Part shown: one piece after another, positions 63,790-64,000 of the stretch | Layout: each line of letters begins with the position of its first letter | Position numbering within the stretch: the first letter of the stretch is position 1 | Assembly: GCA_030264375.1 (NCBI GenBank) | Contig: JASCQW010000043.1 | Location: 60,953,606-61,017,605, forward strand | Source of the DNA: Carcharhinus longimanus | Taxonomy: Eukaryota | DNA: 64,000 nt | Reading direction: 5' to 3' | Position numbers and translations under genes: made by a program | Notes under the pieces: model-generated | What the model saw: only the letters and a program-made list of their open reading frames with translations | Databases searched by the model: none | Told to the model about the DNA's origin: nothing

Positions 63790-64000
63790 ATACACAGGAC
63801 CCCTTAAAGATTATGCTGAAGCTATATAAATGTTGGTTAGGCCATAGCTAGAATGGTGTACAGTTCTGGAACCCACATTATAGGAGGGATAGTCAGGTTT
63901 ACAGCATAGAAACAGGCCCTTTGGCTCAACATGTCCATGCTGCCCAGGTTTTACCATTAATCTAGTCCCATTTGGCCCATATCTCCTATACCAATCTTAT
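63790..64000. mobile_element. CR1 fragments in both orientations
   Basis: MLKLYKMLVRP*LEWCTVLEPT-like segment (+), then CATAGAAACAGGCCCTTTGGC tail (-). Confidence 0.6.

Noticed and set aside
1-64000. CRISPR arrays, operons, rRNA or other prokaryotic systems
   Set aside because: Sequence is a spliced vertebrate locus; no regularly spaced repeats or long uninterrupted genes

Overview
Vertebrate genomic DNA, AT-rich, repeat-dense and with several N gaps. The repeat set (HE1-like V-SINEs, CR1, Rex1/Babar, Penelope-like, Gypsy relics) points to a cartilaginous fish, probably a shark; this is an inference. Two + strand spliced genes can be reconstructed by hand. (1) SNX2 (sorting nexin 2): CpG-rich promoter and coding exons 1-10 from 37385 to 62277, covering the acidic N-terminus, the PX domain and the start of the BAR domain; the gene runs off the window. 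(2) The 3' part of an uncharacterised gene: 6-7 phase-compatible exons from 1786 to about 27138, mostly invisible in the ORF track, whose product resembles the FAM186A/B C-terminal region. The rest is decayed, often nested, transposons. Notable items: an LF-SINE-like head joined to a CR1-type endonuclease, a V-SINE family with two alternative LINE-like tails, hammerhead-ribozyme relics in Penelope-like repeats, a perfect 40-bp palindrome upstream of SNX2 and a ~95-bp inverted repeat in SNX2 intron 7. All family names come from recalled motifs, not database searches; repeat boundaries are approximate.
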